A stretch of DNA of 64,000 nucleotides from Sphyrna mokarran (Eukaryota), in NCBI GenBank assembly GCA_024679065.1, contig JAGIQG010000003.1, positions 21,948,001 to 22,012,000 on the forward strand. The letters run 5' to 3'. The notes beneath the pieces were generated by a model. It worked only from the letters and a program-made list of their open reading frames with translations, did not search any database and was not told the DNA's origin. Shown in pieces: positions 14,211 through 25,800 of the stretch. The position numbers were made by a program, and so were the translations under genes. The first letter of the stretch is position 1. Each line of letters opens with the position of its first letter.

Positions 14211-14708
14211 AATCATTGAATTGCTACAGTGTAGAAGGAGACCATTTGGCCCATAGAGGCTACACCAACTCTCTAAAGGAGGCTGTTTTCCATGACACTG
14301 CATATTTACCCCACTAACCTAAACAGCTTGGGACACTAAGGGACAATGTAGCATGGTCAGTCCAGCTTGGGACACTAAGGGACAATGTAACATGGTCAGT
14401 CCAGCTTGGGACACTAAGGGACAATGTAGCATGGTCAGTCCAGCTTGGGACACTAAGGGACAATGTAGCATGGCCAGTCCAGCTTGGGACACTAAGGGAC
14501 AATGTAGCATGGTCAGTCCAGCTTGGGACACTAAGGAACAATGTAGCATGGTCAGTCCAGCTTGGAACACTAAGGAACAATGTAGCATGGTCAGTTGGGA
14601 GGAAACATAGACATGGGGAGAATGTGCAAATTTACACACAGACACTCATACCTGAGGCTGGAGTTGAATCTGGGGTCCCTTGTGCAGTGAGGCCACTGTG
14701 CCACCATG
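14211..14708 (-). mobile_element. HE1-like V-SINE (type-A, CR1-like tail) containing a minisatellite
   Basis: Tail 'gaaggagaccatttggccc' and head 'ccactgtgccacc'. Confidence 0.85.
14324..14595 (+). repeat. 39-bp minisatellite, 7 copies (CAGCTTGGGACACTAAGGGACAATGTAGCATGGTCAGTC)
   Basis: Units start at 14324, 14363, 14402, 14441, 14480, 14519 and 14558, with 0-2 substitutions per unit. Confidence 0.97.
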
Positions 14709-14809
14709 TAGAAATGCTTGAGAACTTGAAACTTCATTGACCAGTTTTTACCAGAACGACAAGCACAACAATTTACAAGAATAACAACCTGTAAAAGTTT
14801 CACCAGCTC

Positions 14810-15275
14810 CAGTATGATGCCACCACTAAGCATGCCTTCCTCTGCCTTCCTGCTACACCATTCCAGAAGGGACCATTCCTTCTGCAACACCTTGGTTCAC
14901 TCTGAAGTCACCCTCTCTGTCCCTGTGGCAGCTTTCTGTGCAAGCACAGGAGATGAAACACCTGTCCTTTCAGTGCCTCTCTTTTCACCTTCTAAACTCT
15001 CTTTCCAAGTGAAACAGCAATTTACTTGCACTTTTTTCAGTTTAGTATATTATATTTGCTATTAACAATTTGGTCTCCTTAACACTGGAGAGACTAAAAC
15101 ATCGACTGGGTGACTGATTTGTGGAACATCTCCATTCACTCCACATTTATGACTCTGAACATCTAATCACCTGTCACTTTAATTCTTCACCTTGCTCCTG
15201 CTCTGACCATGATCTGCTATTGTGTTCCAATGAAGCTCAACCAAAGCTTCAGGAACTGCACCATACTTTCTTCAG
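14810..15275 (+). mobile_element. Penelope-like element, decayed GIY-YIG region
   Basis: Translates HSRRDHSFCNTLVHS...FQVKQQFTCTFFSLVYYICY*QFGLLNTGETK...EHL...CHFNS. Confidence 0.75.
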
Positions 15276-15473
15276 TGTTGTTTTCAGAGCAATTCTTTTT
15301 AAAATGGTGCCCCAATCTCTGTGGAGCCAGTGCTAATGACTCTAACAGGCCCCGCCTCACCAATGTGATGGTAAAAACCATGCCCACAGATATTTAATGC
15401 ATACTGTCACAGGAAACTCACCTCTGCAGCTGGAAAGCCACATGCTGGTTTTCTAACCTCAGCCAATACTAAC

Positions 15474-15599
15474 GATGGGATTTTCCAGCCATGTTGAACC
15501 CGAAACTGGAAAGCCCCACCCAAAGTCAATGGACCTGTGCATTGTCTGTGTCCCAGCTGTTACAATTCCCCTGGCAGGTGGGACAAGAAAATTCTGCCC
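15474..15599. mobile_element. MITE-like element
   Basis: Imperfect TIRs gatgggattttcc...gaaaattctgccc. Confidence 0.65.
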
Positions 15600-15914
15600 T
15601 TTGTGTCCAGAATGCAAAACTCTATGATTTGCTTCCTGCCTCTGAAGATATGTCTGTAATATTATTACAACCTGGTGGGAAGGCCTGGAACTGATATGGA
15701 GCAATATGAATCAAGGATGGACATTAGGTCAATCTGTCACCTTTACACTGGAAGGATTACTTGACTTTACAGTTGAATGAAGAAATCTCACCTGGTGTTG
15801 AGATTCTGGGATTTGAGTTTCCAGTTACTGAAGGCTGCAAGAATAATTTTACTTTTCCATTGACCTTCTCCCCCTGATCTTTTGAATAGTGAGTTGGGAA
15901 GGCCTCGAATAAGA

Positions 15915-16038
15915 TGGCCGGAATTTTACTACTCTGCTCGTCATGGGAATCAGAGTAAAGGGTGGACCATGGAAAGGTTCGTTGACCTTGGGTGGGATTT
16001 TATAGTTTCGGGATGAGCAAGGCTGTAAAATCCTTCAC
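15915..16038. mobile_element. MITE-like element
   Basis: Imperfect TIRs ggccggaattttac...gtaaaatccttcac. Confidence 0.65.
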
Positions 16039-16552
16039 GTTTCTGATGATGGAAACTGATCGGAGATTCATTGTGCGACTTTAATTGAATGGCGCGAAAA
16101 AGATTTATGCTTTGTTCTAATCCCTGGCATCATGTTTGTTCAAACATTATTAATGTTATTAATTAAGCACTGAGTGATCTCAGAAATAGATCAGTGGATG
16201 ATTTGTGAAAAAGCAATCGACAAATCAGTTGAAAGGCAGAAGGTTTGGAGAAGTTCACAAGTGCCAACTATGGATAACCATAAGCCAAAGAAAGGGAAAA
16301 ATCATTATGTAATGTACTCTATAGCAATCATATGTTTATGGTATTAGACTAATAACCCTGGGGTCATGAGATTGAATCCCATTATAGCAAACTATCAAAT
16401 AAAATTTTATAAATCAATTTTAATCAATAATTGTCATTAACAAATAAACATGAAGGTTGCCTTATTGTCATTTTAAAAACTCAGTGAATCTGGGTCTACT
16501 TGTCACTTTTGGGATGACTGCAATCCTATCTAGCCAACCAGTCCCACATTAA

Positions 16553-16690
16553 GGAGTAAATTTTTCAGTCCTCCCCACTCTGCAGGAACATCGCAGGCAG
16601 GATGGAAAATTTTATGGTCCATTTAATTGTCTGTTGACCTTGGGTGGGAATTTTCAGTCTCGGGTGAGTCAGTCTGGAAAGTCCCATGCT
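16553..16690. mobile_element. MITE-like element
   Basis: Shares 'gttgaccttgggtgggaatttt' with 15915. Confidence 0.6.
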
Positions 16691-16741
16691 TTAAGTTGTT
16701 GAACGTTGACACAGTTAGCACAACTGGGGTGGATAGTCCCC

Positions 16742-17071
16742 GGGACAGCACGGTGGCACAGTAGTTAGCACTACTGCCTCACAGCATCAGGGACCCAGCT
16801 TTGATTCCTGGCTTGATGAATGTCTGTGTGGAGTTTGCACATTCTCCTCGTGTCTGTGTGGGTTTCCTCTGAGTGCTCCAGTTTTCTCCCACAATCCAAA
16901 GATATGCAGGTTAGATGGATTGGCCATGCTAAATTGCCCATTAGTGTCAGGATAACTAGCTAGGTTAAATGTATGGGGTTATGGGGATAGGGCCTGGTTC
17001 AGATTGTGACTGGTGAAGTCTCAATGGGCCAAATGGCCTCCTTCAGCACTGTAGGATTCTATGATCCTATG
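16742..17071 (+). mobile_element. HE1-like V-SINE, full length, type-A tail
   Basis: Head ggacagcacggtggcacagt, V-domain ggattggccatgctaaattgccc, tail ggattctatgatcctatg. Confidence 0.92.
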
Positions 17072-17904
17072 AATTGGGAATGGACAGTAATGCTGCTTTG
17101 CCAATGTCACCTTCACCTCAACAACAATAACAACTTTTATTTATGTAGTGCCTTTAACAGAGTAAAACATTCCAAGGCACTTAATTCACATTTTGTTTCC
17201 TTTTCCCCAAGAATAATGATGCATGTGTATTCATTCAGTATAACGTGGATTGCAGAGATTTTCGTGAGTAACAAAGGAAATTTAGAGATGTATGTAATAT
17301 GAGTATGGGTTAGAGAGCATATGCAGTAACTAAACATTCTGACAACAGTGTGAGATATTGAGGGTACATACTATGCAATTCTAGCTGTGGGGGAATTACA
17401 CACTGGGGAAAACTGGTGGATGTACAGGATACTTACTGGAAGGCAAGCTCAAAGATGACTTTAATAATCACCATTATGCCTTATACCACTGACTACCATT
17501 TTCCAAATCTCATCCGTTTGGATAAAGGGTTAATATCACAGGCCCAAACCAGCATTCATATCACAGAAACTGTCGAGCTGATGTGGATATTTATTTCCTT
17601 GAAATTGTTCAAAGCACACTATAACGAATGTACAGAAATAGCATTCTTTGCTGCTTCATCTCTGCTCAGTTCTCTATGTGTAAATATTTAGTAGTTCCAA
17701 AATAAGTCAAATGTAATAGATTTACTGCAGTAATCTAGTAAGGCAGTAGTTGAAGTTGCAAAATTGTAACAGTCACTAATTAATCCAATGGAAGTGTAAT
17801 CTAATACATCCTGTTAAATAAAAACAAATCAATATTATCTGTGACCAGATTTCCTGGGAGATATTTTTCAACGTTGTATAAATAATCCAATGCAGCTTTT
17901 ATTT

Positions 17905-18135
17905 AAACATCTGGAATTAAGAATCTGCCGATGACCATTAAACCATTGTCAGTAGTCAGAAATACCTGTCTGGTGCATGAATGTTCTTTAGGGAAGGAAA
18001 TCTGCCATCCTCACCTGGTCTGGCCTACATGTGACTCCAGAGCCACAGCAATGTGGTTGACTCTCAACTGTTCCCTGAACAAAGGCAATAAACGCTGACC
18101 AGCCAGCAACATCCACATTCCATGAATTAATTTTT
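17905..18135 (+). mobile_element. Shark SINE fragment ('tttagggaaggaaatctgcc' family)
   Basis: Shares its core with 24680-24760 and 55290-55380. Confidence 0.7.
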
Positions 18136-18259
18136 AAAATTAGCTAAAATGTATTCTGATGAATTTAAAGGCCATTTTATTTTAAAAATTTGCTTATGAG
18201 AATAAGGGTACTTGTGTCGGGATAGATTTCTACTTCTTATTCTTTATCAGGACCAAACA

Positions 18260-18585
18260 CTCCCATAGCAAATAATATGGGTTAATTAGAAGATCCAAAG
18301 TAAAGTTCTCTGTAATCTTGCCCCAAAACACATTTTAGATCAATCCACCAATCCAATCCAAGGTTCTTTTTCCCTTTCCCACATCTCTCTTCATTGTAAC
18401 CTGCGATTAACATTGCAATTCAATGACCAATTAATAACCGTGAGTGAGGTATTGGTATTCCACCGAGAGCCTTAGTCGAGATGCATTAAGCTCATGTCTT
18501 TTTAAACACCGAATGCTAAGGGGCACAAGACTTTAAGATCTATTAATCTGGTCAAATTTAAACATGGGTCCCATAGGTGAAACCG
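18260..18585 (-). mobile_element. Decayed LF-SINE-related element
   Basis: The - strand 'tttcacctatgggacccatgtttaaatttgaccag...atgagcttaatgcatctc...aattggtcattgaattgc' loosely resembles the recalled LF-SINE consensus. Confidence 0.4.
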
Positions 18586-18946
18586 ACCAAAACTCCCCAC
18601 TCCCATTACAAAGGCCTAATATCATTTGATGAACACAAGTAGTTTTCCTTTAATAATTTTGAGACTATGGAGGCTGAATTTCATGTGCATGAAACTGCTC
18701 TCTTTAGAGCTCAACTTAGTACGAGCACAGATAGGGAACTCAGTGTAGAGGACAGTATCATCCTTGAACTTTGCTAACTGTTGCTGGGTGATGAACAGGA
18801 GATCAGCAACAAATCTCCATTAATCTCCCTGCTGATATTCGAATCCACAGTAGAAGTCTTGCAAAATTTGCCTTAATGCTAAACTTTGTCATTACGTACT
18901 CTCCAAGATCACATTTATCTGATCAAAAATACAAACAGAAATTTCT

Positions 18947-19280
18947 GGGGTGGCACAGCGATGAGCACTGTTGCCTCACAGTGTCAGAGGTCGGGTTCAA
19001 TTCCAGCCTTGGGTGGCTGTCTGTGCGGAGCTTGCACATTCATCCCGTGTCTGTATGGGTTCCCTCCGGGAGCTCCTGTTTCCTCCCACAGTCCAAAGAT
19101 ATGCAAGTCAGATGGATTAGCCATGCTGAATTGCCTTTTGGTGTCCCAAGCTAGGTAGGTAGGGGGATTAGTGGGGTAAATATGTGGGGTTACGGGAAAG
19201 GGACTGGGTAAGATACTCTGTTGGAGATTGTGTGCAGACTCAGTGGGTTGACTGGCCTCTTTTTGCAATGTGATTCTTGT
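18947..19280 (+). mobile_element. HE1-like V-SINE, type-A tail
   Basis: Head, V-domain and tail are all recognisable. Confidence 0.9.
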
Positions 19281-19282
19281 AT

Positions 19283-19382
19283 GAAATATTCAGCAGGTCA
19301 GGTGGCAACTGTGGGGAGAGAAAAAGAATGTTAACGAGTTGCTGACCTTACATTAAAACTGGAAAATGTTGAGAGATGTAAT
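19283..19382 (-). mobile_element. Penelope-like terminal repeat fragment
   Basis: Contains 'gaaatattcagcaggtcaggtggcaactgtggggagagaaaaag...aacg...gacct...aactggaaaa'. Confidence 0.55.
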
Positions 19383-19989
19383 TTGCCTAATCAAGGCTTC
19401 GACTGTTTTGCGATCAAGTTTGCTTTAGAAGCAGGAGTAAGGTTTGTTACAAACATTTGTAACAACCAAATTTGCAATCGCATATCTCTGTTTTCTGCAG
19501 GAATAGTTGAATATAAATGTACAGACAGAATGTTCTGCTGATCTTTTCTTAAAGTCAATCATCAGTAAGGTTCTATTTCATTATCCTTTCTTGGACAATC
19601 TTGTGTCTCAATTTGATCATGAATAAACAGCATGAATTATAAAGGTTAGCTCCAGTGAAATCTTTTAATGATTCTTCAACAATATTTGTTTTAGCCATTT
19701 GTTTTTAGATTTCATTTCAATCAGTTGTTTTGCCTTTTGTCTGGATAAAATATTACAACATTTTAAGGTGAAGTCATATTACTGTGAGTCATTCACCTCA
19801 ATCGAATGCAAGTTTTGAGCCTATGAAATTTAATGCAATTCAATATTTCATGCACTTCTTGCAGTTGTTCAGAATATTTAGCACCACAACTTAAAATATC
19901 AAAATGAATTAGGTTTAAATTATCCTTCATTCTGCTGCCGCTGAGGGATCCAAATCATGTGAGGGCCTGATCGTTGCATAGAAAAATAT

Positions 19990-20600
19990 CGGACAGACTT
20001 CTCCCATCTGGGATGATGTCCTCTGGCAGGGGTGATTTGGGACCATCCTGCTGCATTGGGTAATGGGGAACCAATTATTTCTTCAATCGCAGGCATAATT
20101 AATTGTGCCTTATGGGACTTTGCATCATCTTCTGTGGTGAGCTAGAGTTGATGGCGTTCATCCCGCCATCATATCTGGGTGCCATCTTAAAAATGCCATC
20201 TTCAACATCATACTGAAGGAAGAAGTTGGACCTCTTGAAGAAAGGATCCCTGGAACACTAAGGTTGGAAGATGGACCTCCTTGGAGTCACTGAACCTGGA
20301 AGATCCACCAGAGAAGTCCTCCCCCCACCACTGGCCCACTGTTGTCGTGTTCCAGGGTCACTGGCAGCCTCCATCCTGAACTCTGGAGGCAACCCCCAAG
20401 CCTTCTTTAGGTAAATCCTGACTTACACGCTACATTAGTCCAGGCATGTTTTTCCATTGGCATTTTGGAGAATTGGGTCTGCCGGTATACTCAAATTGGG
20501 CCTTTATTTGCATCCCATTACTGGGAAGTAATTAAGTTTCACGTCAGCCTCCAGGGGGATTCATAATGCTCCACGGTGGGCAACTTCAGAAGATCCTGCT
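19990..20600. mobile_element. Decayed non-autonomous DNA-transposon-like element
   Basis: GC-richer block with roughly inverted ends (ggacagacttctccc ... cagaagatcctgc); resembles 28255, 33188 and 45895. Confidence 0.4.
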
Positions 20601-20633
20601 GTAATTTCACACTAATGTGAAACCAAACTTTAG

Positions 20634-21275
20634 GTCATAGAGTCTTAGAGTTTTACAGCACTGAAACAGGCCTCTCGGGTCAACTTGTCCATGCTGCCCA
20701 ATTTTTACCACTACGCTAGTCCTAATTACCTGCATTTGACTCATATCCCTCTGCACCCATTTTACCCATGTAGCTATCTAAATGCTTTTTAAAAGACAAA
20801 ATTGTACTCACCTCTACTACTACCTCTGGCAGCTTGTTCCAGACACTCTGTGTGAAAAATTTACCTTTCTCATCTCTTTTTCATCTCTGCCCTCTCATCT
20901 TAAACCTATGCCCTCTAGTTTTAGACTCACCTATTTTTGGGAAAATGTATTGACTATCTAGCTGATTGATGCCCCTCATTATTTTATAGACCTCTATAAG
21001 GTTATCTCTAAATCTCCTATACTACAGAGAAAGAAGTGCCAGTCTATCCAGCCTCTCCTTATAACTCAAACCATCAAGTTCCAGTAGCATTCCAACAATT
21101 CTTTTTTGCACTCTTTCTAGTTTAATAATATCCTTTCTATAATAGGAAGACCAGAACCTTACACAGTATTCCAAATGTGGCCTTACCAATGTCTTGTACA
21201 ACTTTAACAAGATGTCCCAACTCCTGTATGCAATGGTCTGACCAAGTACGCCGAATGCTTTCTTCACCACCTAGT
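20634..21275 (-). mobile_element. CR1 LINE 3' end (ORF2 C-terminus plus 3'UTR)
   Basis: ORF 21022-21270 encodes LKLYKTLVRPHLEYCVRFWS...KDIIKLERVQKR...LSYKERL, a hallmark of CR1. Confidence 0.93.
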
Positions 21276-21395
21276 CCATCTGTAAATCGTGAAGCTATGA
21301 ACCTGTACTCCCGTTAAATTCTCCCTCCTCCCATCCCACCCACCTGCCAATTGATCCTGCCGAGGAGATGTTTGCCGTTTGGGACAAACTCCGAA

Positions 21396-21463
21396 AGCTT
21401 GCGAGTTTACTATCAAATAAATCGGTTGGACTTAATCCTGGTGTTGTCAGACTTCTTACTGTA
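21396..21463 (+). mobile_element. Penelope-like terminal fragment (family of 23970-24398)
   Basis: Contains 'ctccgaaagctt...caaataaatcggttggacttaatcctggtgttgtcagacttcttactgt'. Confidence 0.7.
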
Positions 21464-22629
21464 TTGATCCTGCCCACAGGGACTCGGGAAACTTCTGTCC
21501 ACAAAGCACAAGAGGAGCAGGAGTATATCATAGTTTTGCTAGTAACCTAAATAGCTGTTTTCTATGGATAAGGTTAACCAGTGTGAGGTGTCAGAGGGTA
21601 TTGTACAAAAATCACCTGTGGTTCTTGCATGAGTCTTTGGCTGGTTTTATTTTTGCATTTCCCTAAAACATGAGCAATGAAGTAAATTGTTGCCCACCTT
21701 ATTGCCATTGTAGCTGAAGTCAATTATCTTGGCATAGAGAGGTACCTGAGCCTGAGGCCTTCTCAATCTGCATAGCTCCATGTCCCAATGGGCAGTGCAT
21801 GCACCCATTAAAGTTAACAACATAATTTTATCCATTCAAAACAGTTAGCTTAACAATGGTTGCATGCAGAAAATGTACAGCAGCAGATGGAGAAAGAAGA
21901 AGCATTGTAGATAAGGTTATAATGGTCACAATAATGTGATTTTTAATTAAACTAGTCATAAATTTAATATTATACACCTAAATGTGCGTATAGAAATGAT
22001 TGATGTGTTTATTTGAGGCAAGTTACATTTATGAACAAAACCACTTCAGTAGAGCAAATAGTTTTTGTGCCTCTTTAATAAAACTTTTGATCTCTATCAT
22101 CCCATTTGCTGTATATGCACAGTAATATATTTTATTGGAGGGTATAACAATTATTTCAGTAAACTTTTAACTGAGAAATATCTCCAATAATATTTGACAC
22201 CAGGAAGTTGTATGTAATCTGCAAAATGAAATGTCAGGTCTCTACGTTACTGAGTTGAATATGATTCCCAGGTAGTCAGGAACATCAGAGCAGTGCAGAA
22301 CTTGCTCAAATGCACATGAAAGAATTGGCTAAGGAGCAACTTCTAAATCTGGCTTTTCATGAGTATTCCCCATTTATTGGCTTAAAAATAAATGACTCTC
22401 TCCCTTTCAGATAAAAGCCAATAATTAAATTTATTTTAACTTCAAATTGGGAGTCCTGTATTTCAATTTTTTTCCCTGATAAAATTCCCTCTGAGGATTG
22501 TACCGTGCTCTGACTAACTTGCATAACATGAAAGGAAATAAGAAAAGAAAAACAGAAGGGAAAGGAAGAAAAAAATCAAGAAAATCTAAAATGTGAAACT
22601 CTCCTTCATTAAATTTCACTCAACCACGT

Positions 22630-22915
22630 GAAGACCTGTCCCTTTCTGAATCAAAAGGGTTCTAAATTTAAGCTCCTTCAGAATGAGAGCACTGAGTGTA
22701 AATCACCACTTAAATGAAGAGTTGGATTGCTTTGGGTAGAGTCCTTCAGAAATATCAAGCACAGATTAATTATTATTTATCTCAATGGTTATCTGTGGAA
22801 TTCTGCTTTGCCCAAAAATGATGCCACATAAATGGCAGTTACTCACATTTAAATTACTCCACATAAAATGTTGACCAATGTTATATGGCATTCTACAAAT
22901 GGAAGTTTGTTTTAT
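22630..22915 (+). mobile_element. Decayed Deu-SINE (SacSINE1-like)
   Basis: Contains 'cagattaattattatttatctcaatggttatctgtggaattctgctttgc...ggcattctacaaatggaagttt'. Confidence 0.5.
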
Positions 22916-23434
22916 TACAAGCCCCCTTCCATAACAAATTCTGTAAGTGCAATCTTCTTGGTTTGTTACAAGCTATTTGTCAGAACCAACTGTTATTATA
23001 AGTTTTCATCTTAACTAAATGCCCTGATTTAATTTTTAAAAACTCATGTCCTAAATACAGTAGAAGTGAATGGAAGTGCTCAGCCACTCTTAAGGTATTC
23101 ACCAGAATACTGTCAACCGAGGAGACCAAATAAGATTGTGTCACCGTTTGCACAACCATTCCATTCACTCCCCAGCTTCTGGTTGCCTTTCATTTTAATT
23201 CTTCCTCCTTGCTGCCACTCTGACCTCTACTCACAACCTCCTGAGGTGTTCCAATAAAGCTCAGCGTAAGCTCAAAAAACATCACCCCATCCTTCCATTA
23301 GGCATTTTACAGCCTTCAGGGATCAATTTTGAGTTCAACAAATTCAGGTTGTAATCTCTGCCCCTGGTTTGTTTCCTTTTCCTTTGTTTATTTGGGTCTT
23401 AGCTTTTCCCTTGCCTTTGCTTTTAGATAAAAAC

Positions 23435-23830
23435 ATATAAACATCAAAGATGGGAGCAGAGGAGGAGGCCATTTGGCCTTTTTGAGCCTGCTCCACCATT
23501 CATCAAAATCATGGTTGATCATCCAACTCAATAGCCCAATCCTGCTTTCTCCCCATAATCTTTGATCCCATTTGTCCTAAGTGATATATCTAGCCACTAC
23601 CTGAATACATTCAATGTTTTGGCATCAACTACTTCCTGTGGTAATGAATTCCACAGGCTCAATCCTCTTTAGGTGACGAAGTGTTTCCTCATCTCCATCC
23701 TAAATTGTCTACGCCAGATCCTCAGACTGTGACCTCTGGTTCTGGACTCCCCCACCATCGGGAACATCCTCCTTGCATCCACCCTGTCTGGTCCAGTTAG
23801 AATTTTATAAGCCTTTATGAGATCCCCACC
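23435..23830 (-). mobile_element. CR1 LINE 3' fragment
   Basis: Contains 'ggaggaggccatttggcc...gcctgctccaccattca...gtggtaatgaattccacaggctc'. Confidence 0.85.
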
Positions 23831-23969
23831 TCAGCAGTTCAGATGGCAGTTTCTCATCATTCACACCTCATCCGGACATATCTTGCTGTTCTTTATCTGT
23901 CCCATTATTTCTCACCTTTTTGGCTCCAAAATGTAACTCTTACTATTTAATCCCTGTTTTCCACACTAT

Positions 23970-24398
23970 GATATGAAGATGCTGGCATTGGACTGGGATA
24001 AGCACAGTAAGAAGCCTCACAATACCAGGTTAAAGTCCAACAGGTTTATTTGGTAGTACAAGCCACAAGCTTGTGTCACACTATCTGTAAACCCCATGAT
24101 TTGCCTGGACTTGCAAAATCTCACTAACTGTCCTGGCTGGAGACAATACGCATCTCTCTAACCTGTGCTTAATCCTCTCACCACTCACATTGTCCGTACC
24201 TTTAAGATTTCATTACTTGTAAAGACTTGCATTCCAACCATGATCTTGTAAATTGAGTTTGTGTCTTTATATGCCCTGTTTGTGAACATGACTCTCACTC
24301 ACGTGATGAAGGAGCAGCATTCCGAAAGCTTGTGACTTGTGCTACCAAATAAAACTATTGCACGTTAATCTGGTGTTGTGAGACTTCTTACTGTGTTT
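23970..24398. mobile_element. Short Penelope-like element with inverted terminal repeats and a hammerhead ribozyme relic
   Basis: ~24002-24072 is the reverse complement of ~24326-24396. A hammerhead-like core lies at 24299-24335. Confidence 0.75.
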
Positions 24399-24524
24399 CC
24401 ATACGATAACAGACCTTTCCTTCAGTTATTTTCCAACCTTCTCTTCGACCCCTTTTTCACTTGCCTCAAATATATTACATTTCTAACTTTTCCCAATTTG
24501 GATGAAAGTTCAATGATGAAAGGG

Positions 24525-24860
24525 GAACTTGTGTTGTAGTAGCTGGATGTTGGTTCAAATCTGACCACGGCAGCTGGTGGAATTTAAATTCTGTTAATAG
24601 ATCTAGAATATAAATCTCAGTAACTGTGACCATGAAATTACCTTTGATTGTCATAAAAACCTATCTGGTTCATTAATGTCCTTTAGGGAAGGAAATCTGT
24701 CATCACTACCTTGTTTGGCCTACAGCAAACACCAGACCCATATGGTTGACTCTTAACTGCCCAGGGCCTAAGAAGCCACTAAGTTCAAGGAAAATTAGGG
24801 TTTTGCAACAAATGCTGACCTTGCCAGTGATGCTCACGTTCTTTGATGGAATTTTTAAAA
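24525..24860 (+). mobile_element. Shark SINE ('tttagggaaggaaatctg' family)
   Basis: B-box-like 'ggttcaaatct' and a core shared with 17905 and 55040. Confidence 0.75.
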
Positions 24861-24871
24861 ATATGAAACAA

Positions 24872-25007
24872 TGGATGGAATTCTCCGGCTGTTCATGCCA
24901 GCGGGATTCTCCGATCCCACTTCAGTGTACGGAGATTAGGTGAGTGCCAAATTCTCCATCCTCGCTGGCTGTGACGGCAGGCCATGAACAATCGAACAAT
25001 TCCGATC
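24872..25007. mobile_element. MITE-like element
   Basis: Inverted ends ggatggaattctccggctgttcatg ... catgaacaatcgaacaattccgatc. Confidence 0.6.
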
Positions 25008-25800
25008 GCTAATTCCACTTCTCTCTTCACTGTCCAGCTCCCCAGCCTTCTGCGAATCTCCAGCATTTTCTGTTTGTATTTCTAGTTTCCAGCACCCACA
25101 GTATCTGGCTTTTGCATGACATTTTAAACCTCATTTCTGTTCAGACGTTGACTGGTCTATTTAAAATCCAATGCCAAGCCATTTATCAACTCAAGTGATC
25201 AAGGAACAAATTGAACTCCTTTATAATAAATCATTAGGAAATAGAAATTTAGAAAAGCTTTTTTTTTGGTTTATTCGGAAAGTTTAGGTTCTTAAGTTTT
25301 GTCCTCTTTAGAATGTGGAGTCTCGTCACACACTGTTGCAGCTTGCTAAAGGTTAATTATTAGTCAAATTCAATGAATATAATGATTGTGAGCCCTCTCC
25401 TTTCAGACCTCCACTATGTGACCTCATTAATTGTTGCATGTTCTTTTCAAGGTGATGTGTAGAACCATCCACAAAACAGTTTATTCTCTTCATGGAGTTG
25501 TATGACATGCCCTCATCAGAAGGAAATCTCTGTTGTTCACAGACTATATTTGTTTTGTCAGTGGATATGTGAATGTTGTCCACGTAACATTGATTTTTCA
25601 CTTTGTGAGTGAATGCTATACGTCTTTCTCATGAATAACTTGGAATGCTGTGTTGAAAAGGGTGCAAAGAGCAGAGGCATGTGAAATCCAGAATGGATAT
25701 AATGGCAGCAATTCTAAACAAATTATCCACACACAAACATTCAATTTTGTGTTCTGAGCCTTTTTATTCCATCTTTTTTGTTCACAGCACATATTATTCC

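Larger units (their letters stand above)
16325..17115 (+). mobile_element. Old tRNA-SINE hosting a MITE and an HE1 SINE
   Basis: Head 'ggtattagactaataaccc...gagattgaatccca'. The tail 'aattgggaatggacagtaatgctg' resumes after 17071. Related to 24525 and 55040. Confidence 0.5.
23075..25116 (+). mobile_element. Penelope-like element (GIY-YIG end and terminal repeat) split by four nested insertions
   Basis: Its pieces at 23075-23430, 23835-23968, 24400-24522 and 25008-25116 are collinear with the PLE 3' end seen at 9120-9800. Confidence 0.6.

Noticed and set aside
14314-14645. Three repetitive ORFs / CRISPR-like appearance
   Set aside because: Head-to-tail 39-bp tandem repeat with no unique spacers, inside a SINE. 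The ORFs arise because 39 is divisible by 3.
16742-16815. tRNA-like sequences at SINE heads (also 27337, 45593, 63500)
   Set aside because: These are A/B-box heads of tRNA-derived SINEs continuing into the V-domain, not tRNA genes.
21022-21270. 82-aa ORF resembling a real protein
   Set aside because: CR1 ORF2 C-terminal remnant, truncated and decayed.
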